Assembly: GCA_902763855.1 (NCBI GenBank)
Contig: CACWTM010000023.1
Coordinates: 1-51,992 of the forward strand
Direction: 5' to 3'
DNA from: an uncultured Ruminococcus sp.
GTDB taxonomy: Bacteria > Bacillota > Clostridia > Oscillospirales > Acutalibacteraceae
Length of the DNA: 51,992 bases
The notes beneath the pieces were generated by a model. That model was not told the DNA's origin and ran no database searches. It saw nothing but the letters and a program-made list of their open reading frames with translations. Positions 1 through 10,016 of the stretch are shown here, in pieces. Position 1 is the first letter of the stretch; the number at the start of each line of letters is the position of its first letter. The position numbers were made by a program, and so were the translations under genes.

Positions 1-48
1 CTGCCGAAGCTCCAAAAGGAGCTTCACATCAATCTTTTTCGCCATCAT
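1..48 (-). CDS. istA: IS21-family transposase IstA, N-terminus only (runs off window)
   Basis: AAGGAGG RBS then MMAKKIDVKLLLELRQ, directly inside an IS21-type repeated end; only 16 codons visible. Confidence 0.55.
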   Translation of the reverse strand, partial: MMAKKIDVKLLLELRQ

Positions 49-103
49 TATGGCCTCCTTCGTGTGAATTCGAGGGTTCTCCTCTGCTATATTCTACACG
101 AAA

Positions 104-214
104 TGCGTTCCTTTGGCGAATTACTGCGTTCCTTGCGCGGATTGGCGTTTTCCTAGCCGCGTATCGATGTTTTCCTTCCGGCGGATTCATGTTTTCCTGA
201 GTGCGGAATAATCA
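104..214 (-). repeat. IS21-type left end with five 21-22 bp sub-terminal repeats
   Basis: TTCCT cores at 108, 129, 150, 172 and 194; terminus 5'-TGATTATTCCGCA on the minus strand (TG end at 214). Confidence 0.7.
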
Positions 215-356
215 CTGCACCGTCATTTGATTGTCGTGATTTGTATAAAAAATACCATGCCTTAATAAAGAAACCGCTACGAAGCAACGATCATCAGATT
301 CCATACTGAACATAACAGACTTGGGATATTTTTGTGGTCGAAAAAAATAATTATCC

Positions 357-384
357 TTGAAATAATAATACTTTGTGGTATAAT
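357..384 (+). promoter_or_regulatory. sigma-A-like promoter of the ATPase gene
   Basis: TTGAAA-16-TATAAT with extended -10 TG. Confidence 0.5.
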
Positions 385-417
385 AATATCAACATCAATA
401 TAAAAGCCGGTGAAAAC

Positions 418-1839
418 ATGAAAGAGTTTATCAACAGAGAGAAAGAAAGAGCATTTCTGGAATCGGAATACAACAAAGAATCTGCATCTTTTATCGTCAT
501 CTACGGTCGGAGAAGAATCGGCAAAACCTCCTTGATCAAAGAGTTTATCAAGGATAAAAGCGCCCTGTTCTTCCTCGCGACAGAAGAGAGTGAATCTGAA
601 AACAGAAACGCTTTCAAGACGGCTGTATCGGAGTACATCAAGAACCCCTTGCTGGCGCAAGCGGATATCAATAATTGGGAAGAACTGTTCTCCTATATCG
701 TCAACGATGCCACGCATGACAGAAAGCTGATTATCATAGATGAGTTTCAGTATATCGGTAAAGCAAACCATGCCTTTGTATCCGTTCTGCAAAAGATATG
801 GGATACCATGCTCAGCGATAAGAATATCATGCTGATCCTCTGCGGATCACTCGTCAATATGATGTATTCTCAGACGCTGTCCTATGACAGTCCACTCTAC
901 GGCAGGAGAACCGGTCAGATCAAGATGAAGCAGATCGCCTTCCGCTACTATCAGGACATCTTCCCTACCGCCGACCAAAGACAACTCATCGAAAACTATG
1001 CGGTTACCGGCGGTGTTCCGAAGTATATTGAATCGTTCGAGCTGTATGACAACGTGTATACCGCGATCAAACGGTGCGTCATGTCGAAGGAAAGCTATCT
1101 GTATGAAGAACCTGCTTTCCTGCTGGAAAAAGAAGTCCAGGACGTTGGCAGCTACTTCTCCATCATCAAGACGATCGCATCGGGAAAAGAAAAGCAAAGC
1201 GAGATTGCATCGGCGCTGAATGTTGCCCAGACCAATCTTCCGAAATATCTGAAAACGCTGATCGATCTGGATATCCTCGAAAGAGAAGTTCCCGCTACGG
1301 AGGACAAACCCGAAAAGAGCAAGATGGGACTTTACAAAATCAAGGATAACTATATCCGGTTCTGGTTTCGGTTCATCTATCCTTATCGGTCATATATCGA
1401 GATGGATAACACCGACTTTGTCATGCAGAAGATCAAAACAGGCTTTGTAGCGAATCATGCGGCATACGTTTATGAAGATATCTGCCGCAGGGAGTATCTA
1501 CCCGATCTCGTCGCGAACGGCAGCTGGAGCTTTACGCCTACCAGAATCGGAAGATGGTGGGACAGGAGCGACACGGAGATCGACATCGTCGCCATAGACG
1601 AAAACTCCGACAATGTGATCTTCGGCGAGTGTAAATTCACCAATGAGCCGATGGATATAGACGTATACTATCATCTGCTTGAAAAGGTCGAGAGAGTTGA
1701 GTGGAAAAAGAAAACAAGAAAGAATCACTTTGTATTCTTCGGCTTTAATGGATATACAGACAAGCTAAGGCAGTTGGCTGAGGGAAAGGATAATATAATG
1801 ATTGTGAATATCACCTATAAGGTGAATTGCGATGAGTAA
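418..1839 (+). CDS. AAA ATPase (archaeal-type ATPase) with wHTH and C-terminal DUF234/PD-(D/E)XK nuclease-like domain
   Basis: FINREKE start, Walker A GRRRIGKT, Walker B IIIDEFQ, GGVPKY, C-terminal GRWW..EIDIV..FGECK; ATG at 418 preferred. Confidence 0.85.
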   Translation: MKEFINREKERAFLESEYNKESASFIVIYGRRRIGKTSLIKEFIKDKSALFFLATEESESENRNAFKTAVSEYIKNPLLAQADINNWEELFSYIVNDATHDRKLIIIDEFQYIGKANHAFVSVLQKIWDTMLSDKNIMLILCGSLVNMMYSQTLSYDSPLYGRRTGQIKMKQIAFRYYQDIFPTADQRQLIENYAVTGGVPKYIESFELYDNVYTAIKRCVMSKESYLYEEPAFLLEKEVQDVGSYFSIIKTIASGKEKQSEIASALNVAQTNLPKYLKTLIDLDILEREVPATEDKPEKSKMGLYKIKDNYIRFWFRFIYPYRSYIEMDNTDFVMQKIKTGFVANHAAYVYEDICRREYLPDLVANGSWSFTPTRIGRWWDRSDTEIDIVAIDENSDNVIFGECKFTNEPMDIDVYYHLLEKVERVEWKKKTRKNHFVFFGFNGYTDKLRQLAEGKDNIMIVNITYKVNCDE

Positions 1840-1948
1840 TACTCGATAATGTAATCAGCTAGGTTCTATTATAATTCAACATAAATTTTTACTCTTTATT
1901 ATATTGACGAATAATCATTCTTAAATACAACATAGAAAGGAGAATAAT

Positions 1949-2755
1949 ATGTCCACACCGTCACACATAAAATGGTTTGCTGTGGAAACAGAAATACGGC
2001 TAAAAGATAAAACTCCTGTCAATTGTTATCAAATTCAATATCAGGACGACGAAGCTGTACTAGATGAGTGGGCTTTACATATCAGACGGAACTATATTGA
2101 TGATGAACAATTGATAGAAGACTCCACGATGAATGAGATGCCCATTGAAGAATATTTGACTCAATATGTTATCCCACAGAAAACAGATACTTTGGGTCCA
2201 ATTGCTCGCTCAGCAGATATTGGCGAGATAATTGTCTCAGATTTATTAGAATTCGTGTATGGATTCTCTGTTCCTAGATATAAAATGAAGAACAGATCTG
2301 GAAAATGCAATTCTCAACAGGGTACAGACGTGATTGGTTACAAGTATTACAACTATGACCATACATTCAGCATTAAGGATGAATTGATAGCAACAGAAGT
2401 AAAAGCTGCATTAACTAAAGAGGACTACTCTCCGCTTTTAAACGCTATTAAAGATTCCGCTAAAGACGAACACAGATTAGCCAGATCAATAGATTACTGT
2501 AGAAAACGATTGAGAGAACTTGGAAAAGTACAGGAATCTGAAGACGTAAAAAGGTTTTTGTTTAAACCAGATATGAACTATAAAATAATATATGCCGCTG
2601 CCGGAATTAGCAGTAAAGCAGATGTTGATTCGGAAATAGTATTAGGTGTAAAAGACGATGATTTAGAAATACAAAATGGACAAATGGTTTTCTTTATTCA
2701 CGGCAAAAACCTTATGGAACTAACGCACAAGATTTATGAGAGGTGCAAGAAGTGA
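1949..2755 (+). CDS. hamA: Hachiman HamA-like (DUF1837-type) nuclease
   Basis: RSADIGEII...GTDVIG...TEVKA PD-(D/E)XK-type motifs; overlaps the downstream Ski2-like helicase. Confidence 0.65.
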   Translation: MSTPSHIKWFAVETEIRLKDKTPVNCYQIQYQDDEAVLDEWALHIRRNYIDDEQLIEDSTMNEMPIEEYLTQYVIPQKTDTLGPIARSADIGEIIVSDLLEFVYGFSVPRYKMKNRSGKCNSQQGTDVIGYKYYNYDHTFSIKDELIATEVKAALTKEDYSPLLNAIKDSAKDEHRLARSIDYCRKRLRELGKVQESEDVKRFLFKPDMNYKIIYAAAGISSKADVDSEIVLGVKDDDLEIQNGQMVFFIHGKNLMELTHKIYERCKK

Positions 2756-5700
2756 TTTTTGGAAGAGTATCTAATTATATGTTGAAATACCAAAAAGCAA
2801 AAGCGAAACTAGTAGAGTTTTCGGTTTTACTCGATAATTATCCAAAGTTCAAGTTGAATTCTAATGAATTATCTTATCCAACTACATATGTAATTTCAAG
2901 ATTTGCTGAATGCGTTATTGAAGCAAACTCAGTAGAACAAAATGAATTGTACTCTGAATTACTATTTGCTGCACAGTACTATGATGCAGCGCTCAATTCA
3001 AAAGACAGGAAACAGTATGATTTAGATTTTTTGCTTACTGGTGCTTCAACATATTTCTTTGCAAACGATTACGGAAGTGCGAAAGTCTTATCGAATAAGG
3101 CTAAAATTCATATCCAAAAAATAGATGAAAGAAACCCAAAAAGGCTATTATTATGTCTATTTCAATTATTATTCGAAAATGAGATGCTTCGGTACACAAA
3201 AGAAATAGATTTATTTGCAGAGTTAAGCAATAGAATAAATGATTATTTTTGTAAAGGTGTAAAATCTGCAGATTTATTGCGTTTAATAAAAGAGTATCGA
3301 TTTGAGATTTATAAAACTGATAATCCTGATGATGTTTTCTATGTCGACATATTAATGGCAGTTCTCAAAATCTCAATCCAAGATTCATCTTGGATTCTAT
3401 TGCCTAAGTATTCAAATTTGCTTCATGATGATTGGAATTCATATCTAATTAGAAGAAATTCAGTTAGAATTCTATGGGCAGCCCAAAAACTTATTGGTGA
3501 AAAAGGAATACTATCAGGAAAAAATGCTGTTGTTCAGCTTCCAACAGGAGTTGGTAAAACAAAGAGCATCGAGTTGATTGCGCGTTCTGCGCTACTTTCG
3601 AATAGAGCCACTACAGTAATTGTTGTTGCACCTTTACGTGCATTATGCAATGAGATTACCTATGATTTAAACAGAGTTTTTCGAAATGAAATTCTTATCA
3701 ATCAGATTTCCGATGTTCTTCAAGAGGATTATGGAACATTCAATAAAAACAATGAAAGGAAAATCATTATATGTACGCCCGAAAAGCTTAACTATATCAT
3801 ACATCACCAAAATGAGTATTTAAGTTCAATTGATTTATTCATTTTCGATGAAGGGCACATGTTCGATGATCGTACAAGGGGAGCAGCATATGAGCTATTA
3901 ATAACCTATATAAAGCAACACTTATCTGATAATCAACAGTTCATTTTGTTGTCTGCGGTCTTGCCTAATTCAGATCAGATTAAAGAATGGTTATTAGGAG
4001 ATAAAGGAGTATTAGCTACTGATAGTAATATTCGTACAACGCCTAAGTCAATTGGATTTACATCTGCTACTAGAGATATTGTATTCTTCACAGATACAAT
4101 TGATCAAGAGGATTACTTTATTCCAGGCGTATTAGAATCAGTTCAAATAAAGCGGAAAAAGTATGATAGAAGCGAAAAAGTATTCCCTGACTTCAATGAA
4201 AAATATGATGTAGCAATCTACTATGCTATTCGGCTCTCTCCTAATGGTGGTATTGCTATTTATTTAAATCAACAACGCTTATTTAAAACAGCATTCAATA
4301 GAATTATTGAGTTAATTGAAAGAGATGTTGATTTTTCTAATCTTAGCATGAATGCTGACGAAGAAGAGATTATACGGCTTAGTAACTATATTTGTGAATA
4401 CTATGGGGTTGAACATTATTATTCAAAAGTAAGTAGAATTGGAATTCTTCCACATTCAGCTGTCCTTCAAAACGGAATAAGGATTGCCGTAGAATACGCA
4501 ATGAAACAAAACTTGATTTCATGCGTTGTATGTACATCTACACTTGCACAAGGAATCAATATACCTATACGATATCTGTTGATTAACAGTTTGAGATTGG
4601 GACAAGATATGATTAAGGCGAGAGAGTTTCAGAATCTAATCGGACGAACTGCAAGATCTGGAATTTATACAGAAGGTAGTATCATTATTACGGATCATAA
4701 ACTGTATGATAATAGAAAAAACGGTCAAGGTTATTTTGATTGGAAAAAATGCAAAGAATTAGTCGATAAGAATTCTATGGAACCATGTGGCAGTTCAATA
4801 CTAACGCTAGTTCAAAACACAAAGATTGACTATCAGTCAAAGTTTCCCAGTAAACACTTTATTGAATATATTCTTAATGATTTTGACAATGAAAGTGTTT
4901 TCGAAGAATACATTAAGTACATATTTGAACTGTATGTAAAGAAGTTTCCAAGTAAAGAAACAGACTATTATTACAGTATATTTTATAATGAGGTTACTAC
5001 TAGAAAAAGTGTGATTACGCAAATAGAAAACTATCTTTGTATGATTTATTCAAATGTTACTGCATTCTTTGAATCATCAGTAGCTCTGAATATATGCAAA
5101 AGCACTCTTGCTTATACGCTTGCTAATGATAAAGAAAAGGAATTGTTAGAAAGAGTCTTTGTTAAAATCGAAGAAAAAGTATTGGGTTTATCTAAAAATA
5201 AAATTACCAACTATGCTCAGTCCATGATTGGAATTGATATGTCTGAGAGAATTAATACTTGGATTATTTTAAACAACTTAGTTGATCAGCCCTTTCTCGA
5301 CAATGACTTATTGGATTTAATTAAATCTTTCTTTACAGAGATTCACACAATAAGAAAGTGTGAAGATTGCTTTTCAATCATCTGCAACTTATGGATAGAG
5401 GGTAAAACGCCTTTAGAGATACATATGATAACAGGTTGTGAAATGAATGATATAGATGATGTCTGTTGCAAACAAATCTCGTATGAGCTTAGCTTTTTTG
5501 TTGGTTGTATACGCGACTTACTAGTTGATAGTACAGGTTTTTTTAAAGAAGAATTGGTGGAACAATTAACACTTCTTCAAAAGAAGATAAAATACGGCGT
5601 TTCAACAGTCACAGCTTTATCTATCTGTGAAAAGATTTTTAACGATCGGCTTCTTGCGGTTCAAATAACAAGATTATTAGGGGACAATAATATTTCAGAA

Positions 5701-5805
5701 GATGACATTATTCCGAAACTTAATCAGAAAAAGGAAGACATATTGGAGTTTCTTGATGATTATCCTGAATTCTTTTGGAATCGGATTAATAATGTTCTTA
5801 TCTAA
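2743..5805 (+). CDS. hamB: Hachiman HamB-like Ski2-type SF2 helicase
   Basis: PTGVGKT, TPEK, DEGH, LSA, STLAQGINIP, GRTAR; 1020 aa, coupled to a HamA-like gene; AT-rich. Confidence 0.7.
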   Translation: MQEVIFGRVSNYMLKYQKAKAKLVEFSVLLDNYPKFKLNSNELSYPTTYVISRFAECVIEANSVEQNELYSELLFAAQYYDAALNSKDRKQYDLDFLLTGASTYFFANDYGSAKVLSNKAKIHIQKIDERNPKRLLLCLFQLLFENEMLRYTKEIDLFAELSNRINDYFCKGVKSADLLRLIKEYRFEIYKTDNPDDVFYVDILMAVLKISIQDSSWILLPKYSNLLHDDWNSYLIRRNSVRILWAAQKLIGEKGILSGKNAVVQLPTGVGKTKSIELIARSALLSNRATTVIVVAPLRALCNEITYDLNRVFRNEILINQISDVLQEDYGTFNKNNERKIIICTPEKLNYIIHHQNEYLSSIDLFIFDEGHMFDDRTRGAAYELLITYIKQHLSDNQQFILLSAVLPNSDQIKEWLLGDKGVLATDSNIRTTPKSIGFTSATRDIVFFTDTIDQEDYFIPGVLESVQIKRKKYDRSEKVFPDFNEKYDVAIYYAIRLSPNGGIAIYLNQQRLFKTAFNRIIELIERDVDFSNLSMNADEEEIIRLSNYICEYYGVEHYYSKVSRIGILPHSAVLQNGIRIAVEYAMKQNLISCVVCTSTLAQGINIPIRYLLINSLRLGQDMIKAREFQNLIGRTARSGIYTEGSIIITDHKLYDNRKNGQGYFDWKKCKELVDKNSMEPCGSSILTLVQNTKIDYQSKFPSKHFIEYILNDFDNESVFEEYIKYIFELYVKKFPSKETDYYYSIFYNEVTTRKSVITQIENYLCMIYSNVTAFFESSVALNICKSTLAYTLANDKEKELLERVFVKIEEKVLGLSKNKITNYAQSMIGIDMSERINTWIILNNLVDQPFLDNDLLDLIKSFFTEIHTIRKCEDCFSIICNLWIEGKTPLEIHMITGCEMNDIDDVCCKQISYELSFFVGCIRDLLVDSTGFFKEELVEQLTLLQKKIKYGVSTVTALSICEKIFNDRLLAVQITRLLGDNNISEDDIIPKLNQKKEDILEFLDDYPEFFWNRINNVLI

Positions 5806-5887
5806 TTCTGTTTGTTAGATTCAATGAAATAAACTATATTATTATGCCGGACAGAAATTCATGGTGAAATACTGTCCGGCTTTCATT

Positions 5888-6343
5888 TTACATATCCAAA
5901 TAATCTCTGATAAACCGATCATACTGCCACTCGGGACCGTCAAATAGCATTTGCCAAATGATATCCTCCAACTCAGACTTCTTGCACTTGGTGAGGAACT
6001 TGGCAATAGCGCGCTCTTCATCCTCATGGCGTTTTTCCTCGTAGTCATAATAGGATTCCAGTTCAGCCCTATACTTTTCCGCTTCCTCAGGGAACATCTT
6101 GAAAAACAGCGCAACCTGATGCTTGCAAACAATCCTCTTGCCATCTGCGTGAGGACAATTGCAATGCGATTTTCTCGGATGATTGATATCGATAAAAACC
6201 TCATATGGTTTATCGGCACTGCCTTCAACGTAGCCCTTATACTGTCCGTTTCCGATATCTTCTACCATTATGACTTTGTCACAAGTATAGTAATCATAAC
6301 CGCGGTACACAGAGTTTCCGCTTGCACAAGATAATAGACTCAT
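5888..6343 (-). CDS. SWIM zinc-finger protein
   Basis: CNCPHADGKRIVCKH (CxC...CKH); ATG 1 nt after the helicase stop. Confidence 0.75.
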   Translation of the reverse strand: MSLLSCASGNSVYRGYDYYTCDKVIMVEDIGNGQYKGYVEGSADKPYEVFIDINHPRKSHCNCPHADGKRIVCKHQVALFFKMFPEEAEKYRAELESYYDYEEKRHEDEERAIAKFLTKCKKSELEDIIWQMLFDGPEWQYDRFIRDYLDM

Positions 6344-6344
6344 A

Positions 6345-8612
6345 TTATGCTAACCTCTTATAATACTGCTCCAGCTTATCGTCGCAGATATGCTCGATCT
6401 CCTGTTTCTCTTCATCCGTCAGGTGCTTCCAAACCGTAGGCTCAACCTCAATGATACCGAGGGTCTTGGTGTGATGAAGCATTTGCATATCCTCAAAACG
6501 CTTAAAGGGATTTGACAGAATATTTCTGCGCACATCTGCATCCGAGTATCCGCCCTTTGCATATATGCTGTTTGACTTCTCTACAACCAGTCCATCTGCT
6601 TTTCTGGATTCGTAGTAATTCTTAAAATAAGCAATAATATCGTCAAGCCGTACTCTGCCTTTGGCGTCCGCATACTGCAGAATTGCTTTCAACAGTACGG
6701 GCTTATAGGAATAGCTCATATCCATCTGGCGAACCATATCCATGAACAGTTCCTTGCGGTTCTCATCGCTGATGAGCGTCCAACCAAACTTTTCAGCGGC
6801 TACAATCAGCGTTTCTTCGTGAAAATACTTTAGCTGTTTGTGTTCGCTGAGAGGAACGATCATATCGGGAACGATCTTGCCTTCCCGAATATATCGCTCT
6901 ACGGTTTCGGCCTGCACATCGACCCTTCTGATAAACTCGATCTGTGACAGCATTCCTGCTGCTTCATCCTGCCAGTTGAATACATCAACCGCTTCATAGT
7001 CGGTTGCGCTGACAGGATAATCCAGAATTGCATCCGGCTTTTCTCCCCCGCGGTATAGTTCATCATCTTCCTGCATTTGCTTCTTTGTACCGAGTACGCG
7101 TTTACCGGGGTGATAATCCTTCAGCTTCAACAGTCGGTGCATAGAATACGGCATATTATACTGGGTGGCGTTGTCTACAAAATCAAACACCATCAGGCAG
7201 TCCTTGCCTTCGCTGAGTCTCATCCCTCTGCCGAGCTGCTGGGTATACAATACCTTTGACATTGTGGGACGAGCCATAAACAGCACTTCTGTTTCTGGGC
7301 AGTCCCAACCCTCGTTCAGCAAATCACAAGCGCATAACGCTTTCACTTCTCCGCTCTTGAACTTTGCCAAGACCTCATTTCTCTCAGAAAGCTTCATTCC
7401 GCCTGAAACAGCTCTCGCTTCTACGCCTTTTTCTCGGATCTTCTCAGCGATCTCCTCGGCATGCTTTACGCTGGCGCAAAAGATAACGGTTCGCTTCGTG
7501 CTGACGTATTCCATAAAGGTATCAACGATCAGATTGTTTCGATCGGGAACAAACAGTTTACTCTCCAAGTCACGGATATTATAGCGGACACTGTTAAAGC
7601 GCACCTTGGTCAGATCGATATTGGTATGGATTCTGATACAGCGAACCGATACCAACTCCCCTATTTCCACAGCGGTTTTGATGTCGAGTTTATGCGCCGT
7701 ATTTTTGAAAATAGACAGAATATCCTGATCGTCGGCACGTTCGGGAGTTGCAGTCAAACCGAGAGTAAACGACGGTTTGAAATACGCGAGCATCTTCTGA
7801 TAGGATTCAGCAGACGCATGATGCGCCTCATCTATGATGATATAATCAAAGTCTGTTTCGCAGAACTCCTCGGTGTGAAGCGCAACGCTTTGAACGCTCC
7901 CGCAAACGACAAATGCGTCCTTCTCTTTCTGCGCTCCCATATAGACGCCTACGCTTACCTCAGGCCAAAGCGATCTGAACGCATCTGCTGCCTGATTGAC
8001 CAATTCATTGGTGTGAGCAATAAAGAGTGTGCGCTTACCGAAACGTTTCGCGTCGGACACGGCTGTAACCGTTTTTCCTGTACCGGTAGCATGATAGATC
8101 AAAGCGATCGTCTCATGATTTTGACGCATTTCTTCTAATGAAGCTAAAGCAGCCTTCTGGTGCTCTTTCAATTCAAGATCGACCGCTTCAAAAGACTTGC
8201 TTCTCTGTGCAGGCAGATAATCCGTTACCTCACGGAAAGCCGGCGCATTGCCTAGGAAAACACGCAACTCGTCCTTGACGGTATCAGGCTGCAGCTGCAT
8301 CTGACGAACCGCCCAACGATAAACGTCCCAGCCGAGATGGATCATGCTGTTCTGCTTGAGCAAATCATCATAGAACTTGTTTCGTGAAACCAATCCCGGA
8401 TGATGGCTCGCTTCATCGTCTATCTCAATTGCGATCCGCTTTGCGCCGTTCTCTATCATGAAATCGGCGAATCGATCGTTATTGTAGATATCGAAAAAGT
8501 GGTACTGACTGTATAAAAAGCCTGCCTTTTCAGCGCCGAAAGTATCAGAAAACAAGTCGATAAACAGGTCTTCTGCCGTACTGCCCGATGCAGATTGTAA
8601 GGCCCTGCTCAT
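6345..8612 (-). CDS. SF2 helicase (ResIII/Helicase_C) with N-terminal Vsr/DUF559-like endonuclease and extra C-terminal domains
   Basis: N-terminal RFADF..IAIEIDDEASHH..KQN..GWDVYRW; ATGTGKT, DEAHH, TATPER, NEGWD, QQLGRGMR. Confidence 0.8.
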   Translation of the reverse strand: MSRALQSASGSTAEDLFIDLFSDTFGAEKAGFLYSQYHFFDIYNNDRFADFMIENGAKRIAIEIDDEASHHPGLVSRNKFYDDLLKQNSMIHLGWDVYRWAVRQMQLQPDTVKDELRVFLGNAPAFREVTDYLPAQRSKSFEAVDLELKEHQKAALASLEEMRQNHETIALIYHATGTGKTVTAVSDAKRFGKRTLFIAHTNELVNQAADAFRSLWPEVSVGVYMGAQKEKDAFVVCGSVQSVALHTEEFCETDFDYIIIDEAHHASAESYQKMLAYFKPSFTLGLTATPERADDQDILSIFKNTAHKLDIKTAVEIGELVSVRCIRIHTNIDLTKVRFNSVRYNIRDLESKLFVPDRNNLIVDTFMEYVSTKRTVIFCASVKHAEEIAEKIREKGVEARAVSGGMKLSERNEVLAKFKSGEVKALCACDLLNEGWDCPETEVLFMARPTMSKVLYTQQLGRGMRLSEGKDCLMVFDFVDNATQYNMPYSMHRLLKLKDYHPGKRVLGTKKQMQEDDELYRGGEKPDAILDYPVSATDYEAVDVFNWQDEAAGMLSQIEFIRRVDVQAETVERYIREGKIVPDMIVPLSEHKQLKYFHEETLIVAAEKFGWTLISDENRKELFMDMVRQMDMSYSYKPVLLKAILQYADAKGRVRLDDIIAYFKNYYESRKADGLVVEKSNSIYAKGGYSDADVRRNILSNPFKRFEDMQMLHHTKTLGIIEVEPTVWKHLTDEEKQEIEHICDDKLEQYYKRLA

Positions 8613-8932
8613 GACTCTTTTACTTCCTTTAAGAAAATCTTTTCTTCGAAGCCGCCACGCTTATGTGCCTTTTCGATCCGAACCGATTCAAGATCTTCGA
8701 TCGTGTACCCGCGCGCTTTAACAATAGCGTACATCACCTCGAGCATATCGGCAAGCTCTTCTATGCTCTTATCCGCCTGATACTCGGCGCATTCTTCATT
8801 CAGTTTGCGGTCGAGTTCAATGAGATATTCCTCATTTGAGAGAGTTCTGGTAACAGGTGTTTTTCCGCATTTCGTGATGATTTCGGGAATCAGATCACGG
8901 ACAAGTTTGTTATAAGTCGGCATAGTGTCCAC
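8609..8932 (-). CDS. MazG-like all-alpha NTP pyrophosphohydrolase (PRA-PH-like)
   Basis: YNKLVRDLIPEII, KLNEECAEY, EELADMLEV, KRGGF; ATGA overlap with the helicase. Confidence 0.8.
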   Translation of the reverse strand: MDTMPTYNKLVRDLIPEIITKCGKTPVTRTLSNEEYLIELDRKLNEECAEYQADKSIEELADMLEVMYAIVKARGYTIEDLESVRIEKAHKRGGFEEKIFLKEVKES

Positions 8933-9095
8933 CTCTCTTTGCTATGTGCTTTCATTCTATCATCATTACATGAACAATTCAAGACAATATCCGTCATTCG
9001 CGACAAGAGATTCGGATAGTTCACATAACCATAAATAATACTTGACTTATTCGTTTTTCATGGTATTGTGTTGTGCTTGTAAGGAGCGTGAGCGC

Positions 9096-9362
9096 ATGAA
9101 CATACTTGAAGAACTGTACTATGGTAATATACGACCTACGGATAAGTCGCAGAGCGAGGAAGTCAGGAGAGCTTTAGCAGACACGGTCAATGCGGAAGTG
9201 TCGCTGATGGAGATTCTCTCAGATGATCGGCAGAAAGAAAAGCTGTCTAAGATCTCGGAGCGATACAGCAAGCTGATCACTCTCACCGAACGAGACAGCT
9301 TTATCGAAGGGGTTCGCCTTGGGGCTGAGTTGATGGCAGACCTCACATCACATACCATATAA
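9096..9362 (+). CDS. Small DUF6809-like protein common in clostridial mobile elements
   Basis: MNILEELYYGNIRP...SFIEGVRLGA; AAGGAG RBS before ATG 9096. Confidence 0.6.
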   Translation: MNILEELYYGNIRPTDKSQSEEVRRALADTVNAEVSLMEILSDDRQKEKLSKISERYSKLITLTERDSFIEGVRLGAELMADLTSHTI

Positions 9363-9372
9363 ATCAAAGAAA

Positions 9373-9418
9373 GAACAGCGGAACAGACGCATATAGATTG
9401 CGACTGCTCCGCTGTTTT
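9373..9418 (+). terminator. Hairpin, probable terminator
   Basis: AACAGCGGA...TCCGCTGTTTT. Confidence 0.5.
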
Positions 9419-9699
9419 CGGTTATGTGTGATTAATTAATCATACACAAGCGTATCCCATTACTGCTTAAAAGCCTGTCACAGGCGAGATATTTCGGCAC
9501 GAGAGAAACGATTCTGCGCATAATAAAACACACGCGATTGGTAACCCTCACGCGTGTGTCCTATTTATCTGTTTGTACCGAAACAGAAGAGTCGTTTGAC
9601 TCCCGAAGCTCCGGTAATTCTACTCTTTTTTGATTGTTTTTCAAGAATTCTGTGAGAATATTTGCATCAAAAAATGCCGCGCCAACCAAAGAAAACCGG

Positions 9700-9951
9700 T
9701 TAGTCCTCTGTGTACTCATGCGGAGTCGGCTTATATTCATCGGTGTGATACTTCTCGTAGTTCGAAGCGGTCTCAACCTTATATTTTCTGATAAGCTCTT
9801 GCCTGATTTGTTCAAGAGAAATCTCACCGTTCACCCACTTATCAGCAAGCTGTTTCGTATCGTCTGATACGGGGACGCCTTCGATGCTGTTGATCGCATA
9901 CGCCAATTTTTCAGCGCGTCTGCGTCTTGCTTTTTCTTCTTGGTCAAGCAT
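9700..9951 (-). CDS. VbhA-like (FIC-associated) antitoxin
   Basis: AINSIEGVPVS...WVNGEISLEQI with the inhibitory-type EG motif; AAGGAGG RBS. Confidence 0.65.
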   Translation of the reverse strand: MLDQEEKARRRRAEKLAYAINSIEGVPVSDDTKQLADKWVNGEISLEQIRQELIRKYKVETASNYEKYHTDEYKPTPHEYTED

Positions 9952-10016
9952 GGAAATCCCTCCTTGTAAATATTGTACCCAATGGATATGCGTTAGTCAA
10001 GGTCGCGGTAAGCGGA

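Noticed and set aside
104-214. CRISPR-like periodic repeats
   Set aside because: Period is only 21-22 bp with no unique spacers and no cas genes; fits an IS21 end
9561-9827. 88-aa ORF as a Fic toxin or att remnant
   Set aside because: No Fic motif, overlaps the antitoxin in another frame, and no recognisable tRNA or att sequence
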